From NCBI RefSeq assembly GCF_009914755.1, contig NC_060927.1: a DNA stretch of 64,000 nucleotides; one strand, 5' to 3'. Below are positions 41,557 through 54,600 of the stretch, one piece after another; within the stretch, counting starts at the first letter, position 1; every line of letters begins with the position of its first letter. Source of the DNA: the human T2T-CHM13v2.0 reference genome, Homo sapiens. A model generated the notes under the pieces. The model was not told the DNA's origin and ran no database searches. It saw nothing but the letters and a program-made list of their open reading frames with translations. The position numbers were made by a program, and so were the translations under genes.

Positions 41557-41761
41557 CAGTGGTGTGTTAGAGCCAGCTCTTACCAGCTCAAGATAGTCAA
41601 TTATGCATATCTCTTCCCAACAACACGTTCAATAGCATCACTTTGGTAGCATGAAATTGGGCAGGGTGAGTGTAGTTACACCACAGAAATGAGCAAATCC
41701 TGCAAATAGGGCTTTTTCCCTCTAGAGAGCCAGTTTTTAAACATTTGCCACCAGGCCACTG
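41557..41761 (+). mobile_element. MER63A (hAT-Blackjack)
   Basis: TIRs cagtggtgtg / ccactg; tctcttcccaac, ttggtagcatgaaattgg, tttttaaacattt. Confidence 0.8.
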
Positions 41762-42048
41762 GATTTACTTCTTTTCAAAAGGTAAATCTAATTAGGACTG
41801 ACTTTATGTTGATAAGTGTTTAACTCTAATTTCAGCCTTAGAATAACAAAAAAGGAATACCAATTCTGAGCAAAACTGTAACATATGCCCTATGCACTCC
41901 TGCATAGTTTTCTTCAGAACTCTTTCCTCCAGATTGTTCCTCCTCCCCTCCTTCACTCTCATCTATCCCCACGCCAGCCCTTCTCCAGCAAGACTGGGCT
42001 TCCTGGACCTTTCCTGACCAATCCTTCCTTTCAAAATTTACCTGACCA

Positions 42049-42198
42049 GGCCAGGCACGGTGGCTCACTCCTGTAATCCCACCACTTTGAGAGGCTGAGG
42101 TGGGAGGATTGCTTGAGCCCAGGAATTCAAGACCAGCCTGGGCAACATAGCAACACCCCATCTCAAAAATAAATAAATAAATAAAAATAAAAAATAAA
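42049..42198 (+). mobile_element. FLAM_C monomer
   Basis: Single Alu left monomer with (AAAT)n tail; 13-bp TSD aaaatttacctga. Confidence 0.9.
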
Positions 42199-42452
42199 AA
42201 AATTTACCTGATTGATGTTCCATTCACCCGGGCCAGGTGGATAAACATCTTCTAACTGGAATTGGCTCCATATTTTATTTCTATTAAAGGAGTATATTTT
42301 TAACATAAGGCATTCAATGTCTTAGCTTTAAGCAGTAAGATTGGGGAAATTTCAGTCATATTGGCAAAGCTAGCAAATATTTGGACAGCAGTAAAACCAA
42401 TTGCTGTCTCTTAAATAGACCCTACATACTTATTTCAATAAAGAATGATAAA

Positions 42453-42745
42453 GGCCAGGTGTGGTGGCTCACGCCTGTAATCCCAACATTTTGGAAGACC
42501 AAGGTGGGTAAATCACTTAGGCCTAGGAGTTTGAGACCAGCCTGGGCAACATGGCAAAACTGCACCCCTAAAAAAAAAAAAAATTAGCTGAGCACAGTGG
42601 TGCATGCCTATAGTCCCAGCTACTCAGGAGGCTGAAGTGGGAGGATCACCTGAGCCCAGGGAGGTGGAGGCTACAGTGAGCTGTGACCACACCACTGCAC
42701 TCCAGCCTGGTAACAGAGTGTCTCAAAAATCATCATAATAATAAT
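42453..42745 (+). mobile_element. AluJ
   Basis: Diverged dimeric Alu with gggaggatcacctgagcccagg right arm. Confidence 0.9.
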
Positions 42746-42759
42746 TGTTATTATACAAT

Positions 42760-43365
42760 AATGCCACTTTGGAAAACAGCTTGACATTTCCTCAAAATGT
42801 TAAATGTACAATTACCATATGACTTAGAAATTCTATTCCTAAGTATACACTCAAGAGAACTGAAAATATACACTAAAAAAAGTATATGAATGTTCATAGC
42901 CACATTATTCATAATAGCCAGAAAGTGGAAACAACCCTAGTCAAATGTCCATCAGCTAGTAAATGAATACACAAAATGTGATTTATCCAGACAATGGAAT
43001 ATTATTTAGCCATAGAGGAGTGAAATACCAGTACATACAACATAGACAAATCCTGAAAACATTACACAAAGTGAAAGAAACCAGGCACAAAAGATTATAT
43101 ATTGTATAATTCCATTTATATGAAATGTCCAAAATAGGTAAATCCATAGAGACAAAAAGTAGATAAGTAGTTGACAGAGGTTGATGTAAGGAGGAAATGT
43201 GGAGTGACTGCTAATGGGTATAGGATTCTTTTTGTGGGTGTGTTGAAAATATTCTTAAATTGGATAGCAGTGATGGCTGCACAATTCTGTGAACATAGTA
43301 AAAACCACTGAATTACACACTTTAAAAGGGTGAATTATATCAATAAAGCTATTTTTAAAAAAAAT
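42760..43365 (+). mobile_element. L1MB/ME 3' end
   Basis: ttccatttatatgaaatgtccaaaataggtaaatccatagagaca; aaaaccactgaattacacactttaaaagggtgaatt. Confidence 0.85.
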
Positions 43366-43679
43366 AGATGTACACTAAATATGTGTTAGATAATATCCTT
43401 CTATCATAGTCAATATAAATAACTTTACCACATTAAAAAAATAAAAACTAAGAATTTCAGGTTAATTTTGATAGGATTATGGTTAGAGTAAATGAGCTGT
43501 AAAAAGACATTTATTTCATCAGTGTCTTTTTGAAACATTAATTTAACACCAATTAATTGAGTACTTTACTTAATACTCCTTAAATAAAAATACATATTTT
43601 AATACCAATTGCAGGGCAACTTTGATTAGATTCTGCTTTAAACAAATTAAATATAAAAATACACTTGGAAATTTTTAGG

Positions 43680-43920
43680 AAAAAACATCTAATATCATAC
43701 TTAATGGGGAAACCTGAAACTTTGTCACCAAGACCAGGAACATGGCAAGAATGTTCCCTCTTACCACTTCTTTTCAACATTGTACTGGAAGTCTTAGCTA
43801 ATGCAATAAGATAAGAAAAGGAAATAAAGGTATACAGATTAGGAAGAAATAAAATGGTCTTTGTTTGCAGATGGCACGATTGTCTATGAATTGGCCAAAA
43901 AACTTCTGGAACTAATAATT
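43680..43920 (+). mobile_element. L1 ORF2 (RT) fragment
   Basis: tactggaagtcttagctaatgcaataaga...tttgtttgcagatggcacgattgtctat. Confidence 0.8.
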
Positions 43921-44689
43921 CCTGGGAGGGGATTACCCTGTAAGCTCTCATAAGAACCCTCCATGTGCAGCCACATCAGAGAAAACTCAGGGGCACAGCA
44001 TAATCTAGTGGAGGGCATTTGGCTTCTATGTTATGTGAAAGATACCCCTCACTGTCCCCATGTGCCCTCTTAGGGGACAAGGAAACTGAATTGAGAGACA
44101 TTGGATCTGCCAAGGGACCTTGGTGAGAGGTAGTGTGGCCCCAGAGCAGAGGATATGGGGGCAGAAACTCAGAAGGGTCTGTAGTGCCAGCAGAAGCCAT
44201 GGTGGACCAAGTCAGCCTGAGAGAGGCCAGTCTGTGAGTTACACCAGCAGCAGAAGACAGCAGGAACACCAGGAGGGCACCTAGACCCGTGGTCACCACC
44301 CATGCAGCAATCCCAGCCAGCTGTTCCACAGCAGAGACTAGCAAGGAACTGATAGACCTCACATCTACCTAAGAACCCCAACTTCCCTCTAACATCATAG
44401 GGTCATGGCAAAAATAGCCATCTCCCTTATACTTACATGTCACCTTAGAGAAGCAGAGGTCAAGTGGAGCATTGTCCTGAAAAGATCTAGAAAGACCGTT
44501 TAAATGACTGGATCTAATCAAGCACATTGGACCTAACCAAATAGAGTTACTCCTACCCCCGCCAAGCCCCTCCCCCATTACAGGGTGGGCTCTGATGAGG
44601 AAGATTAGACCAATTTGGGAAAAATGAAGGAGCTACATTTTCTTTGCTCATATGAATGTAATATGAGAAGATCTGAATCATCTATAGAC

Positions 44690-44960
44690 AAATTGTTCTA
44701 CAGAACACCCTTCTCCCAAGATGCTCATGTGTCAAGGGTCCCATGGCCAAATAAATCTGGGAACAGCTGCATCCTGAATGCCCCTCCTGGAACTGCACAG
44801 CACACCCTGGCATATTAAAGGGTCTGAATGATCCATGGTGAAAAGCTTGCTGAATTTGTGTTTAACCTACCACCATGCTTGGCCCTGTAGCCTTCCTTCA
44901 CATAACTCCTGTTAACGTTCTAAAGAACTCATGCTCTGGGGAATACACTTGGAAACCTTG
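44690..44960. mobile_element. hAT-Charlie relic (Charlie4/MER113-like)
   Basis: gggtcccatggccaaataaatctgggaa; gcatattaaagggtctga. Confidence 0.5.
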
Positions 44961-47900
44961 GCTAATTGAAAAGAAAGCTATGAAAGCTGAGTCATGGATC
45001 TAGCAGGCAGGGGAGTTACCCCCACTTACCTCCTCACAGAAGAAATGAAGCATTCCCCCAACCAGAGATTCTCCATCCCTAGGTGGCTCAGGCACATGAT
45101 GCAGACACTTTCCAGCATTTCTGGCCCCTTTCCATCATTTTGGGCACATCTGTGTGATTACAATCATATTCTTCACACAAGACTTTATTCTAGCTGATTC
45201 ACTGTTTTCACTTTGCTGCCAGAAATGAGTTGTTACGATGCACACACATTTTTGGTTTCCTACGCAAACCATTTACTGAAGTGGAGAAAGCACTAGACTA
45301 AAGAATCCAGAAAAACCTGGATTTGAGGTTCTCCCTACCCATCAGTAGATTACCAGCCCCAATTTGAGTATCGACAAACCATCAAAGGCAAATGGAAGCA
45401 GAGTCTTGGGCCCTTCACTAAAGTCCTACCACAACAGGATGTGGGCTTCACCCATTCCTTGGTTATCTCTGAAGATCACTCCAGTGACCTCCTTGCCATC
45501 TCAACCATCCCTTCTCAGCCTCATTTTGTACTTGCCCCTCAGATCATAAGACCAATGCAGCCCTGAATTGTATGAAGGGTGTTTCTGACCCTTGATTCAG
45601 GACCTTCTAGGGGCGAATGTCTCCAACTCCCATCCTCTTCCCCTTAGCTACTGGCACAGAACTTCTTCCTTCTCTCTTGCTGTGGTCTGATGGCTTGAAG
45701 AGAACCACAAAGCTGACACAGGACAGACTGTAGTCTTGGACACCCTGCAGAGCCTTGTTTCATTCCGTAATGAGATTAATAAAAGCTGTCTGTTTTATCT
45801 GCTTTACAGAGCTGTTGTGAGGATCAAAAAAATGAAAGTCTACCCAAATCTGAGGTTTGCTATAAAGCCCATTATAAGTGTTCCTTGGTATTATCTATTT
45901 TTATACAATTGAATGTTTAATGTTAGACAGTATCCTTAGTGACTCTTCAAACAGCCCAATGTTATTTCCTTTCTCATAAAAAATGAGGATTAATGCAATA
46001 TGTTTCCACCCAGAAAAATCTTAACTAAGAGGAGGGGTAGCAATCAGTGTCCTCAAATATATCCATGAAATGGTCCTGTAAAGAGGATTCTCAGGCCCAT
46101 ATAAATGGATATGTGGCTCCTAGACCATGTTCCTGCTCTGGTCATTAGCTACAGATCTGGCTTTTGCTCATTTGGGAACTGCTGACATTGACTTTTCATT
46201 GGTTTTGATTTTTTCTTGGCCTTCATTACTTCCTTTCTTTCTTCCTCCCTCCCTGGCTTCCTAAACTTTTGTGATGTTCAAACTTTTGGCACAAAGGACT
46301 GCTGATGTACCTTTTGTACAACAAGCTGTCATGCTTTACTTTTATAAGAAGACACAATCAAATGTTGTTTTTTAAAGCTTCTAGGAACCTTTTGAGAACA
46401 GATTTTGTCCAGTTCTGTTCATATTTTGAACAGAAACAGTTCAGGTCTTCCTACTTCCCCGCCTACTGGTGGAACACCCACTCCAGGTTCAAGTGTCAAC
46501 AAAACCATCAAAGGCAAATGGAAGCTGAGGCTTGGATCCTTCACCAAAAATGTCTGTCAACAGAATGCAGGATCAGATATTGGGCACCAGTTATATTTCT
46601 TGTGGTGCCACCAAAACTCCCAACCTAAAATCATCTTGGGAGAGTGGAAGTTGGGGCCAAAACCCTGGAGAACTGCTATTAAAGCACTGCGGGTGAAAGG
46701 GATCCCTTTTAATACCCCCAAGAAACTTCCCTCTTGATTAGTTCTGGGCCAAATAAATCATAGCTGTATTGAACTTTCACCTGAATCAATTTCCTCATGC
46801 GAGCCTCTCAATCCTCAGAGAGACATCAACCAACAGAAACGATTCCAGGATGGGGCCAAGCTATTAATAGGTCTTCAGCACGTTGGCAGATGAGGAGCTC
46901 TCTAAGGTGGAATCAGAGGCTGAACTAGATCTGCAAACCTCCATAGTTCCTAATATTTGGTCACCTTCTTGTCCCTGCGTTATAATAAGATTTAGATTCA
47001 ATTTGTCAAAGCCTGTCATTTAGTCCACCTTGGAATTTTCATCTGCAGAACATAGGCAATCACAAATCTTCACCTCCCTCCTTTCCAAGAGGTGAGATTT
47101 TGAAATCCTGGTCAATTCACATGTGTGGTAAGTGCTCAGGTGTAATAACAATCATCTGCCTTTAGATCCATTCTCTCACTAAAACCTCACTAAATGCCAG
47201 GAGGCTAAGGCAAGTACTACCAGAGTCCCTTTTTATAGTTGAAGCAACTGAGATTCAGAGAGTTGGAGGGGATTTCTCCAAGGTCCTACTGTTGGTAAAC
47301 AACAGAGCTACATCTCAGCCCTACATGTGTCTAAGTCTTATGCAGTTTCTTTGCATTCAGAGGGTTAACCTAGAGTTGTTGGGCTGGCCTCAGGAGATTG
47401 CCTAAAAGAATATATATGTATAGCACATGTATTTTTCTACAAAGGGAGTCCAGAGCTGTCCTGGAATTTTCAGAGATGCAAGACTAAAACATTGTTAAGA
47501 ACTTTCTGCCTGCTTCATCTGGCATAGAGTATGCATTCAACATTTGTATGCTGAATTGAGGATTCATTGTGAGGGAGCAACAGGAAGATGTGGGTCTCAG
47601 GGGGATAACACTATTTATTCAGAAGAGACCCAGTGGAGAATGACCCCCAGGCGGCAGCAGCTGAGGTTCTGGCCGTGGTTACCTAGAGAGCACGTGCAGT
47701 GTGCTATGGGTAAACTGGTGGACGGCTAGGCAAATTTTATGATGGATATTTAGTCTGAAACCCAGGACCAATCCAATTCACTTGGAGAGGACACATCACT
47801 GTAGAAGTCTATAGAAAGAACCCTGTTGAAAGAGAGAAATTTCTTGCCCCTTTCTGTACTTGGAGTGTAATGACGAGTTTAGGGGTTCCTGAGTCTTCCC

Positions 47901-49849
47901 TGGATGAAGAGACCCTCTGGTGCTTTTTAAGAAGCAAAGAAACAAAACCTTCCTGGGGAGATACCCTTCACTGGCTGCCCAAGCCTCATCCCAGAGTGAG
48001 ATAAAGGGGAAGGTTGAACCTCTTGGCCTTATGCAGAGAAGATAAATGAATATGAGGCTTTGGCAATAGAGCTGGAACAAATGTGTTGATCAAGGAGGAT
48101 CATTGTCAAGCCAGTTTTCATCTCAGCAACTGGACTAGCATTAGAGACACTCATTTGAACACCTTAAAGAACTCGACATGTATGATGGTGTGGCATCCCA
48201 TCAGAGATGTGAAGTACAATCAGGACATTTTTATCCTAATGACAGAATATTATGTCCTCCCCTCTTGGTTAACAGGACACATGCTGCTAGAATGTGTAAA
48301 ATCTGATTCACTTGGGCAGTAAGAAACAAGCATAACAACCCCAAGTCAGGCTGCTAGTTTTGGATGGTTTGGGTCTTTGTGTTTGACAGGATGTGTTTAG
48401 AGGAGAGATTTCCGTAGCCACTGAAGCACAGAGCAACCTGGTGCCCAAAGAAGAATGAGAGGAAGCAAGAGCTGTGTGTGTCTCATGGTAAACAATGAGG
48501 CCGGAAGCATCCATCTGGAATGCAGTCAAAAACAAAAAACCCTGGCCACTCAGATGCTGGAGCACCAATGCAGCTTTTTGGCAAAACTTTGACAGATGTC
48601 AGATATTAAAGAATGCATGTGTGGAAATGAGTTATATGGGGAGAAGTTAGGAACAAGAATTATTAGTAACCAAATAGTGTATGTTTGTGCATGAAAGGTG
48701 GGGAGGGCGTCAAAAAGAAGCCCAGAGTCTGTTGCTGGAAATATCCTAAGTTTAAAATTCAGCCCACAATCCATCTCAGTCCCTTTCAGTAGAGTCCTGG
48801 CACTGGGCTTGGCTCCTGGCAGCTCTTTGGGGGACCCCAAGAATAATAGCATGGGAAGAAATTTATGACATGTTTCAAGATCGTTGAATGCTTCTTAATC
48901 AAGTTATAGTGAGGAGGAGAGGTTCAAGCAGCAGTACTGGCATTATTTTAATTCACCAAGTGGGAAATTATTGAAGCATATTTTATATAATTAGGGTCAA
49001 GAATGGATTTGGTGTCATTTAAGGCAAATGTCCTGAACACAAAGCCGATTCAGCTGGCATGATTTCTAGCCTTGAGAACAGCAAGTCTGGCAACAATTAA
49101 TCAGGCCAGAGGAAACAGTACAGAGACCACTGTTTGGCCACCCTCTGCACAAACCAGGGCAAGGAATTATGGAACTCCAGCAGCTAGCAATAGAAAGGGC
49201 CCTCTGGAATACAGCAAAATGTTGTAGGTAATGGCTTGTGTCCGGAACATCTCAGGAAGTTTTATGAATGTTAATTTAATTGTGCAATAGGCAAGGAAAG
49301 TCAGTAGTCCTTGTTTTACAAGTGCTAAGCATGCTAAGAGCTAGGTCTCCTTAGGGCTCACCAGGTGTCCTGGAGTGAATTGTCCTGGGGGTGAATTGCT
49401 GAGAGATCAAAACAAAAAAAGAAAGAAAGAAAGAAAAAAAGAAACCAACATTATTAACAACACAGCTGATGAGCAGAAACAGGACTTGGAGCAGAACCAT
49501 GATGCTTAGCACAGATGCATCCATTCAGGACCAAAAAATGTTGTCCTGAGCCTCAAAGCTGTCAAGCTGTGTGCAAGAAAGAATGACAATGAACCCCCCC
49601 AAGCAGCCTCATGGCATTCTTGGACTATAAGCCTCTGAGGAGACTGGCTCCCAGCATGCGGAAGTCTGAGGTTCAAGTGTGGTAACAGCTTGCTAGTGGA
49701 TGCTATGGAGCCAGAGCCAAAAGACACACCTGCCACTCACTGTTTATTGCTTTGCTTTTCCCCTTTGGCCACTCCCTGTAGATGCCTCGGGGATAAGACC
49801 AGCAGACTTGTCTCCAGGCATATTCCAAGGAAAATGTTGGGAAGCAGAG

Positions 49850-50330
49850 CACCAAGTTCTATTACATACAACAGAGCAGATAAACAGATGAATGGAGAAC
49901 GGAAACCTCATAGACACAGGTGACATAGTGTAAGAAGACTCACAATTTCAATGACTCAGACAAGATGGAAGTTGCTTCTCTCTCAGGTAACAACCTGGAC
50001 ATAAATAGTCTTGGGGAAGTATAATGGCTTTATGGTGAAGGGACCCAGACTCCTTCAATCTTGTTTCTCCTCTGTGCCTAGGGCATTGCCCTCATCTAAA
50101 TGGTCCAAGATAACTCATGACCATCATGGCCACATTCCGATAGGAAAGGAGAAGGAGAGGGCACTCCTGTATCTGGTATGAGAACAACCTGGAAGTTGTA
50201 CACATCACTTCTACTCACATCCCATTGGTTCGGAAATAGTCATCTGATCACACCCAACTGTAGAGGAGGCTGGGAAATGTAATCTCTTTTTTTTTTCTGG
50301 GTAGCCAAGTGCTTAGCTAAGAATTATATT
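49850..50330 (-). mobile_element. MaLR LTR (MLT1K-like)
   Basis: catcacttctactcacatcccattgg...aactgtagaggaggctgggaaatgtaatct. Confidence 0.7.
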
Positions 50331-50902
50331 TCTATGAGAGCAGGAGAGAGGCAGTCTGAAGGAGCAAAGTGTGATGGCAGCCAAGTCTTTGGCTGTCTGT
50401 TGGAAGTCTCCCACCCCACACTCCTTCATCAGTTACTCCTCCCTTTCCTCCCTCTGGTACACAACACTCCCTTTCCTGAGCTCCACACAGCGCCTCCAGG
50501 CCTGCTCTTTGCCAGTACTCTGCTACCCAGATTCCATGATCCTGCTAGCACTCACTTCTTATCCTGCGCTTTTCACATTCTCTTTTTCCCTCAGATCAAA
50601 GCAACTTAAAAATAAGGAAGAAAATGTTGCAACTTGCATGAATATCTGAGGAACACTTTTGCCTGGTTATAACTCCTTGTATTAATTATCTTGACACTTT
50701 AAACCATCACCTCCCTAAATGCAATGGGAGCCTTCTGTTCATAGAAAGTGGCTCTAGCATTTTTCTGTACTATGTGTGCTCAAAAACATCAAAGATATAA
50801 TTTCAAACACACAAGTCAAGATTCACTTTGCCCTGGGTAATGGTGATACATACATATATATATATGTATGTATGACTCAATATGCAAATATATGTATATA
50901 TG

Positions 50903-51380
50903 TGTAGATGACTAAATATGCAAATATGTACATATGAGACTAAATATGCAAATGAACAATGACCAGACCATATATGACAATAGAATTCAGACTCACATAA
51001 GAAGCCCAGAAAGCCAAATCACAGTCTCTGAAGCAATTGGCACAGGTCAGGACTTGGTCAATGACTGCCAGCTTCCCTACATTTGGGCCCTACTTTTCCA
51101 ACTCAGAACCAAACAGAAAAAAACAAATATGATGCCCTAACAATCACATAGGATGCCCCCCCCCCCCTTGTTGTTAGCCCACCTCCAGCTTCCCCCATGC
51201 TATCAGCCTCCAATCAGGGCACACCTGAAGTCTTCCCATTTTTCTGCCATAAAGTTTTCCCACTCCTGCTTGCCTTTGAGTCCCTGCCAATGAGAAGTGA
51301 TGACGCTGATTCCCTTGCTATAGCAAGTTCTGAATAAATAACCTCTTATTTTCATTTGGGTGGTCTTTGTCTATTTTCAC
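50903..51380 (+). mobile_element. ERV1 solo LTR (MER90/MER110-like) with an expanded C12 run
   Basis: cagcctccaatcagggcacacctgaag, tcccttgctatagcaagttctgaataaa; C12 at 51156-51167. Confidence 0.7.
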
Positions 51381-51474
51381 CCTTGCAAAAAACTCACTGA
51401 GCTGAATATTTAAGATCAATGCTCTTTATACTAATTACTGTATATATCTCATCCATCAGAAATATCTTGGAACC

Positions 51475-51600
51475 TGCCTGGTGAGGTGATGTGCACCTGT
51501 AATCCCAGCTACTTGGGAGGCTGAGGCAAGAGGATTGCTTGAGCCCAAGAGTTTGAGACCAACCTGGGCAACATAGCAAGACCCATCTCTAAAAAAAATA
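51475..51600 (+). mobile_element. FLAM_A-like monomer
   Basis: cacctgtaatcccagctacttgggagg...gagaccaacctgggcaacatagcaagaccc plus A tail. Confidence 0.85.
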
Positions 51601-54600
51601 TTAAAATCTTTATTTTGCTCAGCTGTCTGATGAAGAAGTTAATAATAAGGACTAGTAAAGGAAAAGTAAAGTCAATGGTAAGATAAAGTAAGTACTGCCA
51701 GTTTCCATAGGCAGCGACAGAACTAACAACTTCTCATTGCCTGTTCATTTGAAATGTCAAAAGCAGACTTAGGGATGTCTCCTTCATTTTATGGAGACAC
51801 TATACTCACTGTGTTGAAAAGGAAGATTAGAATAAAACATCCAGAGAAATTGTGTGTCCAGAGTTTCTGGGGCACTGTTCCATTCCCTAGCATCTGCATG
51901 GGGGGGTTAAGGGAGAGACAGCCCAGGATATAGCTGACCCTAAGTATTCAAACTTTACCAACAAACCCATACACACAGCATGTTTTTTGCTCCCTACCTC
52001 TACCCTAGTGACGCAGCTCTCTGTAGGAATCCATTTCATCTTAATATATAACTTATGCTGGCCAATGCCTCCCTGAGACCCACCATAAGGATGGCAGAAC
52101 CATCTTTCATCCCCTAAACCAGCTCCCCAGGAGACCTCAGAGCACAATAAGGAATGTTCTTCAGTGCTCTCCAAATGGGCAGTAGAGCACAGCTTGCATA
52201 TTAAACCCAGACAATTAGAATATAAAGAACTCCCCTACCAACAAACTGACTTTTTAAATATATATATATTTAAGAATGTAATTATGATTTAAGAATTTAT
52301 TAATTATAAATTTATATATGTATATATAAGAATTTAATTATGTGTAGTTCTAGAAACAAAGTGGAACTTTCCCCCATTGTTTTGGCTGAGATTCTGACAT
52401 AAATTTTAATGCATTAAATATTCAAAAAAATCAAATATAAAAAGAGTGACACCTAGGATTAGGGTTGAGCATCACTAAAGTCACAGTCAACAATGCTATT
52501 TGTTACAATAACACAGGCCTGTTCTTCCAAATTCCAAAGCTGAATGTCAAATGTAAAGGACAAGCTCTTCAGTTTGTACTCCAGCATGAGTGGAGAAATG
52601 TGAGTAGAATCTACCAAAATAAAACATTATATATTGACGACTGACACCAAGCAAAAGATCCCTGGGGATCCTAACTCATGGTTTACACCAGGGACATAAA
52701 AAGATAATAAATGAAGGGAAAGATAGCTAACAACAGACAGTAGGTGTGAGAGTCAACTTAGCAATGCTAATTCGTTACAAAGCAGCAGAGACAGGACATT
52801 AAATACGAATGCCAGGAACAAACTGATTATACCCAAGTCCTGAATGCAGCATAGGCTTCTCACCTTCCAGACAGAACATTACCTGTTACATGTTACCGAG
52901 CCCTTCCATGCTTTCTTAATTAATCCCCTGAAGCTCTGGGAGGGAGTTCTAATTTTCTTTCAGTTAGAACTGTCTACAGATGTCCTTATTCTGGCACCAA
53001 ATGTGGTGGTAGGAAAACCCCAACCACCACCTCTTCCCTGACGCTGTCTCAGCATTCTCCCTGCCCAGGACCCACCGACAGGGATTCTCGCCACTGAGGC
53101 CCTTAGCCCTCCTTGCTGCTCATATCCATCCCTTTCTCTCCCGTTTCTCCTGCCTTCCACTGACCAGGCTTTTGTGTAGGCTCTGCTGGACCCTTGTCCT
53201 GGCCCCTGAGCGGATAGCCTTGTGACCCAGTCTCTCTCTGCTCCTGCTGACAACCTTATAGCTGTTCCCCATTGCCTTCCAAACTAAACCACATTCTGAC
53301 AACCCTGCCTGACATTCTAAGTCCTCCTCCTTCCAGCTCAGCCCTTAACCTGACTTCCCTGACAATCCTTCAGACACCCTCTTGTCTAGCCTTATTCTTT
53401 CTGGCCAATATTGCTTTTTTTCTCTTCTTTATAAAAAAATATTTTTTTGTTATGAGATATCAAAATTCCTCTTAGGATGTAGAAAGCCACAAGAGAACAA
53501 CATTCCTACTCTAGTCATGTGAAAATCTAGATAATCTACAAAATCATAAATTTTCTTGAACCCGTTAGAGAGCTAAGATCACAAAGAAACCCAAGTGAAC
53601 TAAATTCCAAAGATGACAAACCCCTTCAAGGAGATATGAGACACAAGAATTGTTTCCCCTTTGACAGATTGTGGAAGGAAGAGGTAGCTGTGGGCCAGTA
53701 CAAGACATAAACATATAAAAGTACATAGAACAGGTCTACAAAGCTTCATGAATTATTGGAGATCAAATACCTGTATAATCACCACCCAGGTCAAGAGACA
53801 CCTCCCAGTATTCCTCCTCCTTCTGCCTCGTCTTTATGGTAAAGATGCCTTGCTTCTCTTTAACCCTTTTACTGCTAAATGTGAGTCTCTAATCACTACA
53901 GTGCAGTTTGTCTTCTTTAAAACTTTATAAAATGGAATCCTACAATCAATAGATCCTCTTCAGCAACTGGCATCTTTCACTCAACATTGTGTGTGTGAAG
54001 TCCCACCATGTTGCACAGAGCTATAATTTAAGCCCGTTCATCTTTGCTTCTGACTTCTCCCTCCTAAAATGTCTGTCCCCACCATCCCAGGCAATCCCAA
54101 TATCCACCTACCAAATTATCATCCATCCTGGATTCAATGCAAATGCTCCTCTTCCTCCAAGGCCTCCATATAACCCCTTGGAAGCTGCAATACCTGCATG
54201 TAGCTCCTCCACTTGGAATGTCTCTTGTACTCTACCTCTTTGCCATTTTTTTGCTCTGCACGATGGTTAATTGTGTGTGTTTTAACATGTAGAGTGTGTC
54301 CTCCAAACCAAACATCTGGACTATTTTATTTATGTGGGATCCTGCAGAGTGCTTAGCACTGTTCAATGAATTCAATAAATGAATGTTTAACAATGTTCAA
54401 CGAATTGCTTAGCAATGTTCAATGAATTCAATAAACGAATGTGTCTACTTACCAAACTCTGCCTGCATGACACAAAAGTATCATGGACTCCAGTAGGCCA
54501 GAGCCTGGCAGTCCCTGGAAGTTTTTCTTCTTATTAATGTTTGAATGTCTCATGTGGTCCTGTAGATGGTGGAGTGTCAGGGACTAGAAGTAAGACTGCA

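Noticed and set aside
54559-54572. CTCF-like CCTGTAGATGGTGG (also weaker matches near 35345, 57415 and 63841)
   Set aside because: Two or more core mismatches and no supporting local features
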